From positions 12,400,001 through 12,464,000 of the forward strand of contig OZ024753.1 in assembly GCA_964016885.1 (NCBI GenBank): a stretch of DNA of 64,000 nucleotides, in the 5' to 3' direction. This DNA comes from Eledone cirrhosa. Its lineage: Eukaryota. Shown in pieces: positions 45,946 to 59,929 of this stretch. The notes under the pieces are model-generated. The model had not been told where the DNA came from and did no database searches. It worked only from the letters and a program-made list of their open reading frames with translations. Position 1 is the first letter of the stretch; every line of letters starts with the position of its first letter. Both the position numbers and the translations under genes were made by a program.

Positions 45946-46041
45946 GCTTTTCTATATTAAAACTTTTATACTCTGCTATGTATTGAGTACCTTACTTACT
46001 GTGGTTACCTCCGATTCAACCCGGAAACACCTCTCTCTCTC

Positions 46042-46156
<115 letters not shown>

Positions 46157-46159
46157 CAC

Positions 46160-46310
46160 ATAGTGACGAAACATAAGTCAATTGCATGAACTCATAATCC
46201 TTTATTTACTGCTATATATATTTCGATGAGTGGCTAGTTAGTCAGTTTTTAGATATGCCAGCTCTGTGTTTATGCATTTTATGCATTTTATTGTATCAGA
46301 GGCTTGGGAC

Positions 46311-46368
<58 letters not shown>

Positions 46369-46530
46369 CCAAGGCTCTGATGCAATAAACACCATAAACA
46401 TAGAGCTGGCATATCTAAGAACTGACTAACTCCCTGATGAGGTCATAGTCTCTCAATGGCTATCATCGAAATATATATAGCAGTAAATAAAGGAATATGA
46501 GTTCATGCAATTGACTTATGTTTCGTCACT

Positions 46531-46535
<5 letters not shown>
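46160..46535. repeat. Inverted-repeat element, family G, with HHR at 46429-46484 (+)
   Basis: Arms about 46160-46312 and 46365-46535 around (TA)n; CTGATGA-GGT-C-ATAGTC...GGCTAT-C-ATC-GAAATATATATA; the core is deleted in the left arm. Confidence 0.82.
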
Positions 46536-46566
<31 letters not shown>

Positions 46567-46969
46567 TGATAATATATTCAAATTACATCAGTATGCATTA
46601 AATAGAATAACTTTCAATATTTTAAACTTTTGCTATCTTTCCATCCAGTTATTTTCCAAGAACTTATATCATTCATGCTAGATTAGCACTGCGCTATCGG
46701 TGATGTTCTTTGTTCGACAGTCTTTCCCAGGAGACTTTGAAATATCTCTTTTAGACATTTGTATGGACATTCACTGAATGATCAGAACTTGCAGCTCTGT
46801 AGCTTCGCTAGCTCATGATACCGTTATTTGCAAAAGGAATATCGTGTGTACGAATCATAATAAATAGATACGAGCTGATCTCTCTCCCTCTCTTTTCCAC
46901 CGCCACACACACCTACACACATCTATATAAATATATATATATATACACACACACACATCATAAACACAC

Positions 46970-47006
<37 letters not shown>

Positions 47007-47067
47007 TTAAATATATATATATATATTATATAAATTAAATATATATATATATATAATATATAAATTA

Positions 47068-47138
<71 letters not shown>

Positions 47139-47181
47139 TAGATATTTTTATATATAATATATATATATAATATATAAATTA

Positions 47182-47239
<58 letters not shown>

Positions 47240-47443
47240 TAATTTATATATTATATATATATATTATATATAAAAATATCTAATTTATATATATATATAT
47301 ATATATATAAATATATAATATATAAATATATATAAATATATATATATAAATATACATATATAAATATATATATAAATATATGTATATAATATATATATAT
47401 AAATATATATATATATACATATATATATAAATATATGTATATA

Positions 47444-47474
<31 letters not shown>

Positions 47475-47554
47475 CATATATATATTCATATATATATAAA
47501 TATATGTATATAATATATGAATATATATATATATAAATATATGTATATAATATA

Positions 47555-47606
<52 letters not shown>

Positions 47607-47918
47607 AATATATGTTTATAATATATATAAATATATATATACATATACATATAAATATATGTTTATAATATATATAAATATATATATACATATACGTATA
47701 AATATATGTTTATAATATATATATATATAATATGTAGTATATATAGAATAATGTCTTTATAATATTATTATATACATGGAGATGTTTTATTAGGTCATTA
47801 TATTTGATTATGAATATAATGGGGGCAGAGACTGTATTGCGTTTTAGTATAACCTGCCTTTGCCTCGTTGGAAACCTCGTAATATATGATGAATAATAAA
47901 GTCATTATATAGCATCTG

Positions 47919-47919
<1 letters not shown>

Positions 47920-47990
<71 letters not shown>

Positions 47991-48141
47991 ATGTGTGTAT
48001 ATATATGTGTCTGTGTATATGTATATATATTCATATATATACATATATATATATATATGTGTATGTATATATATATGTATGTATATATATTTATATATAT
48101 ATGTATGTATATATATTTATATATATGTATGTATATATATT

Positions 48142-48172
<31 letters not shown>

Positions 48173-48253
48173 GTATATAGGTATATATATGTATATATAT
48201 GTATGTATATGTATGTATATAAATGTATATATATGTATGCATATATATATATG

Positions 48254-48293
<40 letters not shown>

Positions 48294-48746
48294 TGTATGT
48301 ATATGTATATATTTGTATATATATATATGTATATATTTGTATATATATATATGTATATATTTGTATATATATATATATATGTATATATTTATATATATGT
48401 ATGTTTATATATGTATGTATATATATGTATGTTTATATATGTATGTATATATATGTGTATATATATGTATATATATGAATGTATACGTATATATATGAAT
48501 GTATATGTATATATATGAATGTATATGTATATATATATGAATGTATATATATATATATGAATGTATATATATATATATGAATGTATATATATGTATGTAT
48601 ATATATATATGAATGTATATATATATGAATGTATATATATATATATATGAATGTATATATATATATGAATGTATATATATGTATGAATGTATATATATGT
48701 ATGAATGTATATATATGTATGTATATATATATATATATGTATGTAT

Positions 48747-48787
<41 letters not shown>

Positions 48788-49107
48788 TGTATGTATATAT
48801 ATATATATATATATGTATGTATATATATATATATATATGTATGTATATATATATATATATATATGTATGTATATATATATATATATGTATGTATATATAT
48901 GTATATATATATATATGAATGTATGTATATGTATGTATATATATATATATGAATGTATGTATATGTATGTATATATATATATATGTATGTATATATATGT
49001 ATATATATATATATGAATGTATGTATATGTATGTATATATATATGTATGTATATGTATGTATATATATGTATATGTATATGTATGTATATATATGTATAT
49101 ATATATG

Positions 49108-49159
<52 letters not shown>

Positions 49160-49160
49160 C
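47920..49160. repeat. (TA)n/(TATG)/(TGAATG) compound microsatellite
   Basis: Direct reading. Confidence 0.95.
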
Positions 49161-49825
49161 ATAAATTATATGCTAACATACAAAAGTAGAACAAATTCTA
49201 CAATAGTTTATTGCTATATATGATTGTACAAACCGAATTTTACTCACATTACGATATGGTGAGGCTTAACATAAACATACATAAATCCGGTACAAAATGT
49301 TATATATCTATATACATGTTTCTATATAGAAAATATTGTAAAGATGACTGTTATTTTTTTACTTGTGAGGTTTCCTGAAAAACATTGTCATTAAATTCGC
49401 CAGACAGAATGTTGTTTTCCTCCGCTCTAATAGAAAGAATCATAGAATATAAATAAAATTCTTTCCGTTATTTGAAGAGAGTTTGTGTTATCATAGTCGA
49501 AATATAACATGATGCTGCTGAATCATTGGTGGTATAATAATAATAGAGTCGTATATTGATAGAGTATGACAATTCATTCATCTAGTTATTTAGGTTAGCT
49601 TGATTTATAGTCATCATTTGCTTTAAACTGAGCAGATTGTGCACTAGGCCTTATTTATAACTCTGCATGTAGTCTTTGTAAAAAGCCAGGGCTCTTCATA
49701 ACTACACCCCTCAGCCAGTGGGGGGTAACATCTATTTTTGGGATCTGTGTCTACTGGGTCCCAGTTAAGAGAACATTAAGATTAATCGATTAAATTGGTT
49801 ATAGATGCGCATGTATATATTTATG

Positions 49826-49857
<32 letters not shown>

Positions 49858-49940
49858 AAATGGAAACAGAAATAGCAACACAATCGGTACAGTATATGGA
49901 AGGTATATAGTAGGTTAAGGTTCGATATAGCAGGAATATG

Positions 49941-49978
49941 TTCTTAACGTTTCGGACGCTAGTCCTTCATCAGAAGAA
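49941..49978 (-). ncRNA. Hammerhead ribozyme, family E
   Basis: TTCTT-CTGATGA-A-GGAC-tagc-GTCC-GAA-ACGT-T-AAGAA; stem III palindrome ACGT. Confidence 0.8.
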
Positions 49979-51500
49979 AGAATGAAAAATAAAATAGATT
50001 GAGGGGACGGGCGCTATGGAATTGGAAAAAAATATCTTTAGATAAAAATATATATATTGCTTAATTCATCCTTTTAATTGAGTCTGGCAAACCGTATTGT
50101 TCATAGTTAGTATCTAATTTGCCCTAGCGGTTTAGGTCCCTTATGGCTTGAACGCGTATATGTATATATCTGCTTGTCTCTCTCTATTATATCAAATATA
50201 TATATATATATATATATATATCAACTAGAATTAGATTGACAAATATATATATAAAATAAATACATGAAACAATCACAGGGAATAATTTGTAATGAATATA
50301 AGCACACATAGCTAGGTAAGTAACTAATTAAAGTTTAACTAGAACTTCAAATATAGATTAAAAGGTATCTATTAAAAGGTATCTATAATAACGCGTGAAT
50401 AGGATTATCGACAGCTAGAAATAGCAGCCAAGTCCATTCAACTGAATTAGCTCAACAATCATATTTTGAGATATATATATCTAAAATAAAATTAAAGATT
50501 AATAATTTTAAAAGGTATCTATATTTGAAGTTCTAGTTAAACTTTAATTAGTTACCTACCTAGCTATGTGTGCTTACATTCTTTACAAATTATTCCTTGT
50601 GATTGTTCCATGTATTTATTTTATATATATATAAATGTCAATCTAATTATAGTTGATATGAAATGCTCGGATCTATTCATTGGAATCTTTGAGCTTATTC
50701 TACAGTGGATATGGCGCATGTCTCTTAGACATGACAACCTTTAATTTAATTTTGGATATATATACGGCCCCTTGATTGTTGAACTAATTCAGTTGAATGG
50801 ACTCGGCTGCTATTTCTAGTTGTCGATAATCCTATTCACGCCACTGGGATGACGCTGTGCGATGTGTGTATTTAAAAAAAAATGCAACACGTGGTTCGAG
50901 TCATTCACAGATATGCATTTGCTTTGTCAACGCAGATAGTTATTTTCTTCTCCTTTGGTGACCATCCAGGATGTGACTACCGTGATTTACTGATTCATTG
51001 GTGAAATATATTTTTTACTTAAAGAAATATATACAAAGGAGATTAATTATTTTAAAAGGTATCTATATTTGAAGTTCTAGTTAAACTTTAATTAGTTACC
51101 TACCTAGCTATGAGTGCTTACATTCTTTACAAATTATTCCCTGTGATTTTTCCATGTATTTATTTTATATATATATATATGTCAATCTAATTATAGTTGA
51201 TATGAAATGCTCGGATCTATTCATTGGAATCTTTGAGCTTATTCTACAGTGGATATGGCGCATGTCTCTCAGACATGACAACCCTTAATTTAATTTTGGA
51301 TATATGTATATTCATATATATATGTATATATATATATATGTGTGTATATTAATATATATATATATATACATATATATGTATATATATACATATACATATA
51401 TATATATATATACATACATATATATATGTATATATGTATATTAATATATATATATATTATCAATATATAGGTACACACACACACGCACACAAACACACAC

Positions 51501-51552
<52 letters not shown>

Positions 51553-51563
51553 CTCTGAGATTC

Positions 51564-51605
51564 CTGATGATTTCTCAAGAATGAAACAGTTCTAGTCCTG
51601 TAGAA
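51564..51605 (+). ncRNA. Hammerhead-like motif, family C
   Basis: CTGATGA-T-TTC-tcaa-GAA-T-GAAAC-AGTTCTAGTC; element of about 145 bp between (TA)n tracts. Confidence 0.5.
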
Positions 51606-51695
51606 TATCATCTATATTAAAACTGTTATACTCTGCTATGTATTGAGTACCTTGCATACTGTGGTTACCTCAGATTCAACCCGGAATTACTTACC

Positions 51696-51731
<36 letters not shown>

Positions 51732-51882
51732 AATTATAAAAAAAATAATGAATAAACAAAGAAACAGTTCCTTATATTTAAAAAAAATTCATTATTTTAC
51801 GATCGTTTCTAGGATATATATGTGTTAGAGTTGGTATGCATATTCTATAGATCTATGTACAATATTTATCTACATATATGTA

Positions 51883-52009
<127 letters not shown>

Positions 52010-53177
52010 ACATACATATATGAGACATGTATGTGTCTGTGTGTATGTATATAATTTCCAACAGTATTTAATACAATATTGATTATATTTGTTTGTGGAC
52101 GATTATCTCAAATTTTACTGTAAGTTTTCAATCTGATAACTAGATCAAATGATCACAAAATATTAATACCTTCGTCAATGATATGAAGGAAAAAATAAAC
52201 ATAATTTGTATTTCGTATAACATAAATATAAAAAGATACAAACTATTATTCTTTTTTCATTTTTATAAGAAGCTTTACCTCATTTTAACCCCAAGCAATA
52301 CAAGTATATCTCTCTCGTAAGTGTTTTCTGAATAATTAAAAGATTCATTTGCTGGAATTTTTATCAAAACTTCTACTGATAAGAATCCTGAACTCATTGT
52401 AACTTCAAGCAATATGAAGACAATTCTCATTTGATGAAACATTTAGCATTGTTTATGAATGACTAAAACAGTTTGTATCTATTGAATTATCAAATCTTAT
52501 TCTGATGTTAACATTTTACACAACACGTTCATTAATCATCTTAACGCGTTATCAAAGAATCTACTAAGCCATAACATTTATTAATGTGAAGTTTATTCTA
52601 CGATATGTTAAAACTTCAATCCATATATATTGTCCTGAAACACCTGTCCACAAAGGATGATATGAAAATAATATAATATATAAATATATACACAATATAA
52701 TATATTACATAATGTAATATTTGTCATAATCTGTCCTTTATATTTCAGGGCGAACACTCCCTTTGCAAATAATTTAACATATATATATACACACAATGTA
52801 ATATAAGAAATAATTTACCAAAAAGCATTTACACAATATAATATTACTTTTGTTTTATATGCCTCTTATATTTCAGTTCAAAACTTCTTTTCAAATAATA
52901 TATACACATTATAATATATTATAACAAATAATATAACAAGTATGTACACAGTTCACAATCTACCCAAATAGAGAAGTCATATTCAATGCAGATTGCAGAC
53001 ATACACAATTGTTTCAATTTTGGCACAAGGCCAGTAAATTGAACGCTTGTTAATGCTTATATGTATAAGTTTAGTGAAATGTTTAAAGATATATGAATAT
53101 ATATGTTTCGTTTCTGAATTTGTTTAGCAGGATTCTTTATCTGAAAACGTATGTGGGAAACCGATATTGTTATACTT

Positions 53178-53649
53178 TGGGAGGGTCATGTTGCCAATAA
53201 GAAACATACGCACCAGTTGCTTTCACTTCAATTTATTATAAATTAAATTTATAAATTTAGGAATTTATAAATTTCCGGTTGGTTGGTTGGTTCCACAACC
53301 AGACGATTGTTCATATATTGTCAAAGTTCTTTCGTCACACATTCTATGACCTCTTCAGTGACTGGGGATTCTTTTCTTTGTTTGTGTGCCTCTCCTTTGT
53401 TCTGTCGAAAGAACTTTGACAATATATGAACAATCGTCAAAGTTCTTTTGACAGAACAAAGGAGAGGCACAAAAACAAAGAAAAGAATCCCCAGTCACTG
53501 AAGAGGTCATAGAATGTGTGACGAAAGAACTTTGACAATATATGAACAATCGTCTGGTTGTGGAACCAACCAACCAACCAGAAATTTATAATAAATTGAA
53601 GTGAAAGCAACTGGTGCGTGTGTTTCTTATTGGCAACATGACCCTCCCA
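53178..53649. repeat. Inverted-repeat element, family D, with HHRs at 53320-53362 (-) and 53494-53536 (+)
   Basis: GTCA-CTGAAGA-G-GTCATA-gaatg-TGTGAC-GAAAGAACTT-TGAC; near-perfect arms. Confidence 0.8.
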
Positions 53650-53650
53650 A

Positions 53651-53684
<34 letters not shown>

Positions 53685-54069
53685 AGTGTGTGTATATGTG
53701 TGTGTGTATGTGTGTGGATAAATAGACCGTTAATGCTTTAATCAATCAACTAACCCCCAGCAAATACCTACATTTGCGCAAAATCAATTTTTAACATTCA
53801 CATGACTTCTACCGACCAATCAAAATTGTTTTGACCACAAGAATTTTTGCAACACGAATTGGCGCGAAACTTATTTTAATACCGCTGGAGCCACTTTTTT
53901 CACATAAAAACAGGTAAGATTTGGACAGCAGAAGGTCTTCAGAAAATGACCTCCCCTCCATCAAGCGAGTGTTTTGGCTCCCACACTCTAAGGTGGCCGA
54001 GCCGCTTCTGGATCATGACTCCTAGGTGACCTTTTGCGGACATCTAGTCTTTCGGAAATCGGAAACTTG

Positions 54070-54106
<37 letters not shown>

Positions 54107-54469
54107 TCACAGAAATTATACGTCTAAACATTAAGAACTATATTTATGAGAGGAATCATATTTGCGTTTTATGTGTATGTTTTTTTATTCTGTTATTTGT
54201 TATTCAGTATGTATTTCGAAGAACCTAAGAATTATTTAAGAGAAATATATTTATAACTGATAGTTGGCCTCCTTTTTATCAGCAAATATTGCGCAATAAA
54301 AATAAAGTATTATACATATATGACTAAAATTTATACTTGCGCATACAAACAATATATATATATATATATGTACATATATATATATACTGTCTAGTCTAGA
54401 AAACCGCGGATTTCTGTCAAGGATTTTATATATATATATATATATATATTACTCTTTTACATGTTCCAC

Positions 54470-55004
54470 ACTTAGGCCATACTGGGGCACCGCCCATGTT
54501 GCTACACATTCTATCTCCAGCCTTTGTTGGCTGGCCATTGGTGTAAGAGGAATTTCGTTGATGTCTTCCTTAGGTTACCTTCGTGCCTGCGGGCTGTGTG
54601 TTCATCTGGGATCCTGGATAGCAGCGTGTCGAGATTTTTCTTGAAAACATATACGTCCACACCATGCAGATCTCTCAAATCCCTTGGCAGCTTGTTGAAG
54701 AGTTGAGGGCCTTTGATCCCCATGCTATTGGAATATCTTCTCCTTATTCTAGACGTGGAAGATGAGGCCTCTTGTATCACACAGTGACGTCTTGTTCGGG
54801 TGTTGGTCCAGCTCCTAATGTAAAAGTTTGGTGCTAGTCCCTCCAGAGTTTTCCATATGTATATCGCTGCGTAGCTCTCCCGTCTTCGTTGCAAGGAGTA
54901 GCGTTTCAGTTTTTTTAACCACTTCCAGTAGCCTATCTCCTTCATCGTCGCAATCCTCTTGCTGTAGCTTCGCTGGATTGCCTCAATCTCCGTGGTTAGT
55001 TTGA

Positions 55005-55005
<1 letters not shown>
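54470..55005 (-). pseudogene. CR1-group LINE 3' end
   Basis: IEAIQRSYSKRI...YWKWLKKLKRYSLQRRRE...WKTLEGLAPN...GPQLFNKLP...FKKNLD. Confidence 0.85.
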
Positions 55006-55039
<34 letters not shown>

Positions 55040-55310
55040 CTTCTTAGTTTTAGGTTTTTCCGTGTTGTTCGGCACACCGAGCAGTAAGAAGTCGCCGATG
55101 CTCTCGTTCAGCAGCGACTTTTTCGCGTCCGTGCCAAGAGATGTTGGCTGCCATCAGGTCTTTTTGGAATATTCGTCGCCGGGTGATCCTGGGGCAACCC
55201 CGATTCCGTTTTCCGCCAGGTGGAGTCCAGTTCATCGTTGTTTTCGAGTGTTGTTCGTTGGGCAGGCTAGAATATGGTCATCCAGGTGCCTCCAGCGCTT
55301 GATGACAACC
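55040..55310 (-). pseudogene. RTE-like LINE 3' end
   Basis: WTPPGGKRNRGCPRITRRRIFQKDL...W. Confidence 0.7.
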
Positions 55311-55399
55311 CTTTGCAGCGTCCATGATTCGGCTTGCCGACAAATTTAACGGTGTCCTAATATGCTGAGAAGATTTGATATGAACCTGTTTCAATTCGG

Positions 55400-55865
55400 T
55401 ATTTGAACGAACCCTTACCAATGGTCATGGCTCTTGGATAATGATCGAAAGAAGACGATCGTGAATACAAGCGGCCGAAATGGGGTTCATCCGATGGCTT
55501 CTCGAGTAATCTTACTCGATAGAGTGCGTAACGCGGAGAGCCGAGAATCACTGCGGGTACAGCCGATACTTCACTGAATTAAGAGATCACAGCTCCCTTA
55601 CTATGCACGTGTGATTAGAATATCTCAAGAAAGAATGGCTGGACAGATATACGGGCAAAATCCACCGTCATGAAACCCAGAATTTGACCCCGAGCAAGAT
55701 AGTTGGATAACATCCACGAGCCTGGCTGGTCGCACTTGGGGATCCAGTCGGATCAGTTGATGATGGTTACTTCTGACAGAACCCACTGGAAAGTGTTGAT
55801 AAATCTGCTCCCAGTCGCAGGAATAAATGGGCGAAGATGATGACGATGAAGAGGAGAAGAAGAAT
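55400..55865 (+). pseudogene. Degenerate RTE LINE 3' end
   Basis: LTNGHGSW...IQAAEMGF...DRVRN read across frameshifts; (GAA/GAT)n tail. Confidence 0.55.
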
Positions 55866-55988
55866 CCATATCAATTTACATAGTCCAATGGACAAAGTAA
55901 AATATGTCTTATCTCATATTACCTATTGATTCCTTGAAACATATCGCTAATATCAGGAGGTTCATATGGCCGTATCAATTATCTATCC

Positions 55989-56056
<68 letters not shown>

Positions 56057-56122
56057 GTCTACATACACACATCCACGTAAATACACACACACCCACACAC
56101 ACACATATATATATACTTATAT

Positions 56123-56155
<33 letters not shown>

Positions 56156-56162
56156 CTTATAT

Positions 56163-56201
<39 letters not shown>

Positions 56202-56904
56202 TATATATATATATTCATATATACACACACACATATATATGCACACACACTCATATATATACATATATATATACATTTATACACACACACACACACACGC
56301 ACGCACCTACATATATATATATATATATATATGCATGTGTGTGTGTGTTTAAATCTGTATAAATGATTACGGAACATCTGTTTTTGGTTTTATATTTTGC
56401 ATATATGTTCGTGTGTACGCATGCGTTAAACATGATGCAGGCAACCATATTTCTATGAAAAGAAAATAATGCATATTAAGTAAAAAGAGAGAAAAAAAAA
56501 AATCCGCAAAACAGAAATTGCCTGATTCAACGATTATAAAAGTGCTATACGGTATATTATGTGACTGTAGCTTCAATAATGTGAAGCTACTCGTCAGCCT
56601 ACGAGAGACGTCGTTACGTGATGGAAATAACCATACGTATAGCATAGATTCGCGTTTTATATTTTAAGAAGAATGTTTCGATATTTCATAGAAATTTTAT
56701 TCTGAATGTTATCAGTGTCACATAGAGATAATAAACAATGGAATCCATTTCGGATTGGACATATTCTATAAATTTGGCAGCTCCGTTGAAGTCTATAATT
56801 CATGAAATACACACAGATACTCACATACACACACACATATAGATACATGCATACATACACACACACACACACACTTACACACACACATATACACACTCAC
56901 ACAC

Positions 56905-56937
<33 letters not shown>

Positions 56938-58087
56938 ACTGTGTATATATAAATTGTATATATACAGATACAGAGATACAAACACACACATATATATATA
57001 TGTGTGTGTGTGTATATACATACATATATATGTATGTATATATTTATATATATGTATGTATATTTATATATATATAGATATGTATATATATATGTATATA
57101 TATATGTCTGTGTGTGTATCTGTATATTTATGTACACCCACATACACACACACGTATATGTATATATATATTTATATGTATATGTATATATATATGTATA
57201 TATATATATTCATATACGTCCATATACATCTCTATATTCATATATTAAATATTTTGAATATGCTTCTATAAATTGATTACCATTCATCTGTGACCTCACT
57301 GTGACCTCGCTCTGACGTCTCTTTGACATCTTTATGACTTTGCTCATACTAATTTTTGGATTCCATTTACTATATTCATATTACTGTCAATAGAAATATC
57401 AGGGTTTTACATATGAATCGCCTGCCACTCACGATAGTCTATTATGTGATATAAGGTAGAATGATTAAGGACCACGTGGAGTTTTATCTGATCTAATGAA
57501 GGCCTCATTATTTTGTTAATTTGATATATAAATAGATATTACGTTTTTATGTATTCTACTAATATCATCCACTTTAGTATAATGTGTTTTACTGAAAGTT
57601 TGTTTCGGAAGCTAAATATGGGTACAGCCATAATGTTTCTGCCAGTATATTACCAGATCTTTTCTTCTTTTAGATAATTCTCTCATTTATAAATGTAGGA
57701 GCAAAATATACGAATGCACCCTATCGGAAGGTTCACATATTATATTTATCATGCAGTAGACTCCCTTTTTAGCTGTTCTAGAGGTATTACTATATCGATA
57801 CCAGCGGGTCGCAAGAAACGTCCATGAGCTGACCAAGTAACTCCCATGGAATGTGACCTAATAATGTCTGATTTTCAAAATAGCCCCCCCCCCCTCCCTC
57901 AATATAGTCTTCTCATATACAGATTTATTTCTGGACCTTTCCAAAGCATACTAGCTTGCCATCGAGAATAATTTATTTCAGCATGTGTAATGAAAAACAC
58001 AAACAAGCTGCATATCTCTGTATCTGGTTCACGAAACACCAACCTTTTTCAATTACTATTTCCATCTATGTGAGATAAGAATACATA

Positions 58088-58304
58088 ATGGTTTCTCATT
58101 TAGGCACAAGGCCAACAATTTGGGGGAGGGGCAGCTCGATTAAATCGACCCCAGTGCGTTTCTGGTACTTTATTTTATCGACCCCGTAAGGATGAAAGGC
58201 AAAGCTAGCCTCGGCGGGATTTGAACTCAGAACGTAAAGGGCCATGACTCTATACTGCAAATCGTGGTATCTGACGCTCCACCGATACTGCCAATACACC
58301 GCCC
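58088..58304 (-). mobile_element. SINE with 17-bp target-site duplication
   Basis: TGAGATAAGAATACATA at 58071-58087 and 58305-58321. Confidence 0.9.
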
Positions 58305-59091
58305 TGAGATAAGAATACATAGTACAATGATATCATTGCAAAATACACTATCTTCAAGATAGTGCGATCGGACTAATGTACACACTAAAAAATACTCTCG
58401 CACTTTCTCTCTCTCCCTCTCTCTGTCTCTCTCTATTTTACAGACACATACATACAAATATACATACATACATATATACATGTTTATATATATACATACA
58501 TATGTATATGTGTATGTATATGTGTGTGTGTATGAGTTTAGGATAATAAGAGAACGATGAAAAACACAACACAGAGACTGCTCTCAACAGCAACACATAA
58601 ATAATAAAATATATTCCTCCCCAGAGAGATTTAAACACGTATTCATATTGATTACAATTTGATAAATGACGGTTTAATGATTTGTTATTTGACCACAATG
58701 ACCAATATGGCTTTGGTAACCTTGTTAACCTTTTTGTATGGACAATGCAACACAGAACCAGCGTTGATAAACATAGTTTGAGACAAAAATCAATATTTAG
58801 AATTAGGTTGTGTAATATATATCAAGTCATCGCTATATTACAGATGTGATCATATACTCATTACACGTGTAGTTAGATATATGACCACTCACACGAAGAT
58901 GGAATGTCTCTACCATGTTTGAGATAGAAAACTTTCATTAATTGTTTCTACTTTTGGCACAAGGCCAGCAATTATCGCAGTGTATTACTGGTACTTTATT
59001 TTATCGACCCAGTAAGGATGAGAGGCAAGTTTAATCCAGATTTACACTACATATAATCATTATATAGTCATTATTTTTTCATGTCGTTGGT

Positions 59092-59520
59092 TTGACATTA
59101 AACTACATACTGTGGCAAGGCTCCAGTTCGGGAATTCAGGAGCTCTAGGGAATGTGAAGTTAACCCTTAGTTGTTAACTCTCCCAGGTCTGCTCTGGACC
59201 GGAGCAGTAGTACCTGTTAGGGCCCCATTTATGGGTTAAATATTTACCTCACTCAAGTGGATCCAGTAAGTTATAATCAGCCTCTGAAAAGAACTATGGA
59301 GATTATATGTCCTGGGTATGACATTAAACTGCATCCTGTGGCAAGGCTCTCGTTCGGGAGTTCAGGAGTTCAGGAGCTGTGGGGGAATGTGTAGTAACCT
59401 CTTAGTTGTTATCACTCCTGGAGCAGTAGTACATGATAGGGCCCCATTTATGGGTTAACTATTTACCTTATTCGAGTGGCACCGGTAAGTTATTATCAGC
59501 CATTCAAAAGAACCAAGGAG
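59092..59520 (+). repeat. Two tandem diverged copies of a ~225-bp interspersed repeat
   Basis: TGACATTAAACT...GTGGCAAGGCTC...GGAGCAGTAGTAC...GGGCCCCATTTATGGGTTAA occurs twice. Confidence 0.8.
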
Positions 59521-59929
59521 AGTATAATAAACATTATTAGGGTTAGAGCCACTAACTATTCTGTTAAGGAGCAGTTGGGTTGTTATGACTGTACTGGTTT
59601 AAAGCCGCAGGGAGAGCCAGGGGATGATGGATTGGCTGATTCTGAGACGTAACATATTCATTTCATTACGGCTAAACAGTGAGTCTTGATACTCTGGAGT
59701 TTCGCTTGTTTATAAACAGCCAACACTCTGGAGTAACAAGACTCATTACTTAGAGTTAATAAAATGAATATTCAAACACTCCTTCGGTATTAACTACTCT
59801 TTTGTCTCAGCCGTCAACCACATACGGATTCATATATATTTTCAGATAATACTTTGATTTGTATGAATTGTGAGGCTTTCTTTCTCTAGGATGAGCATCT
59901 TTCTATAGAAATCTGCCGCACAAAAGTAA

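Noticed and set aside
57780-57890. Minus-strand LLGHIPWELL, reminiscent of a HIRAN-like motif
   Set aside because: Short, bounded by stops, with no supporting context.
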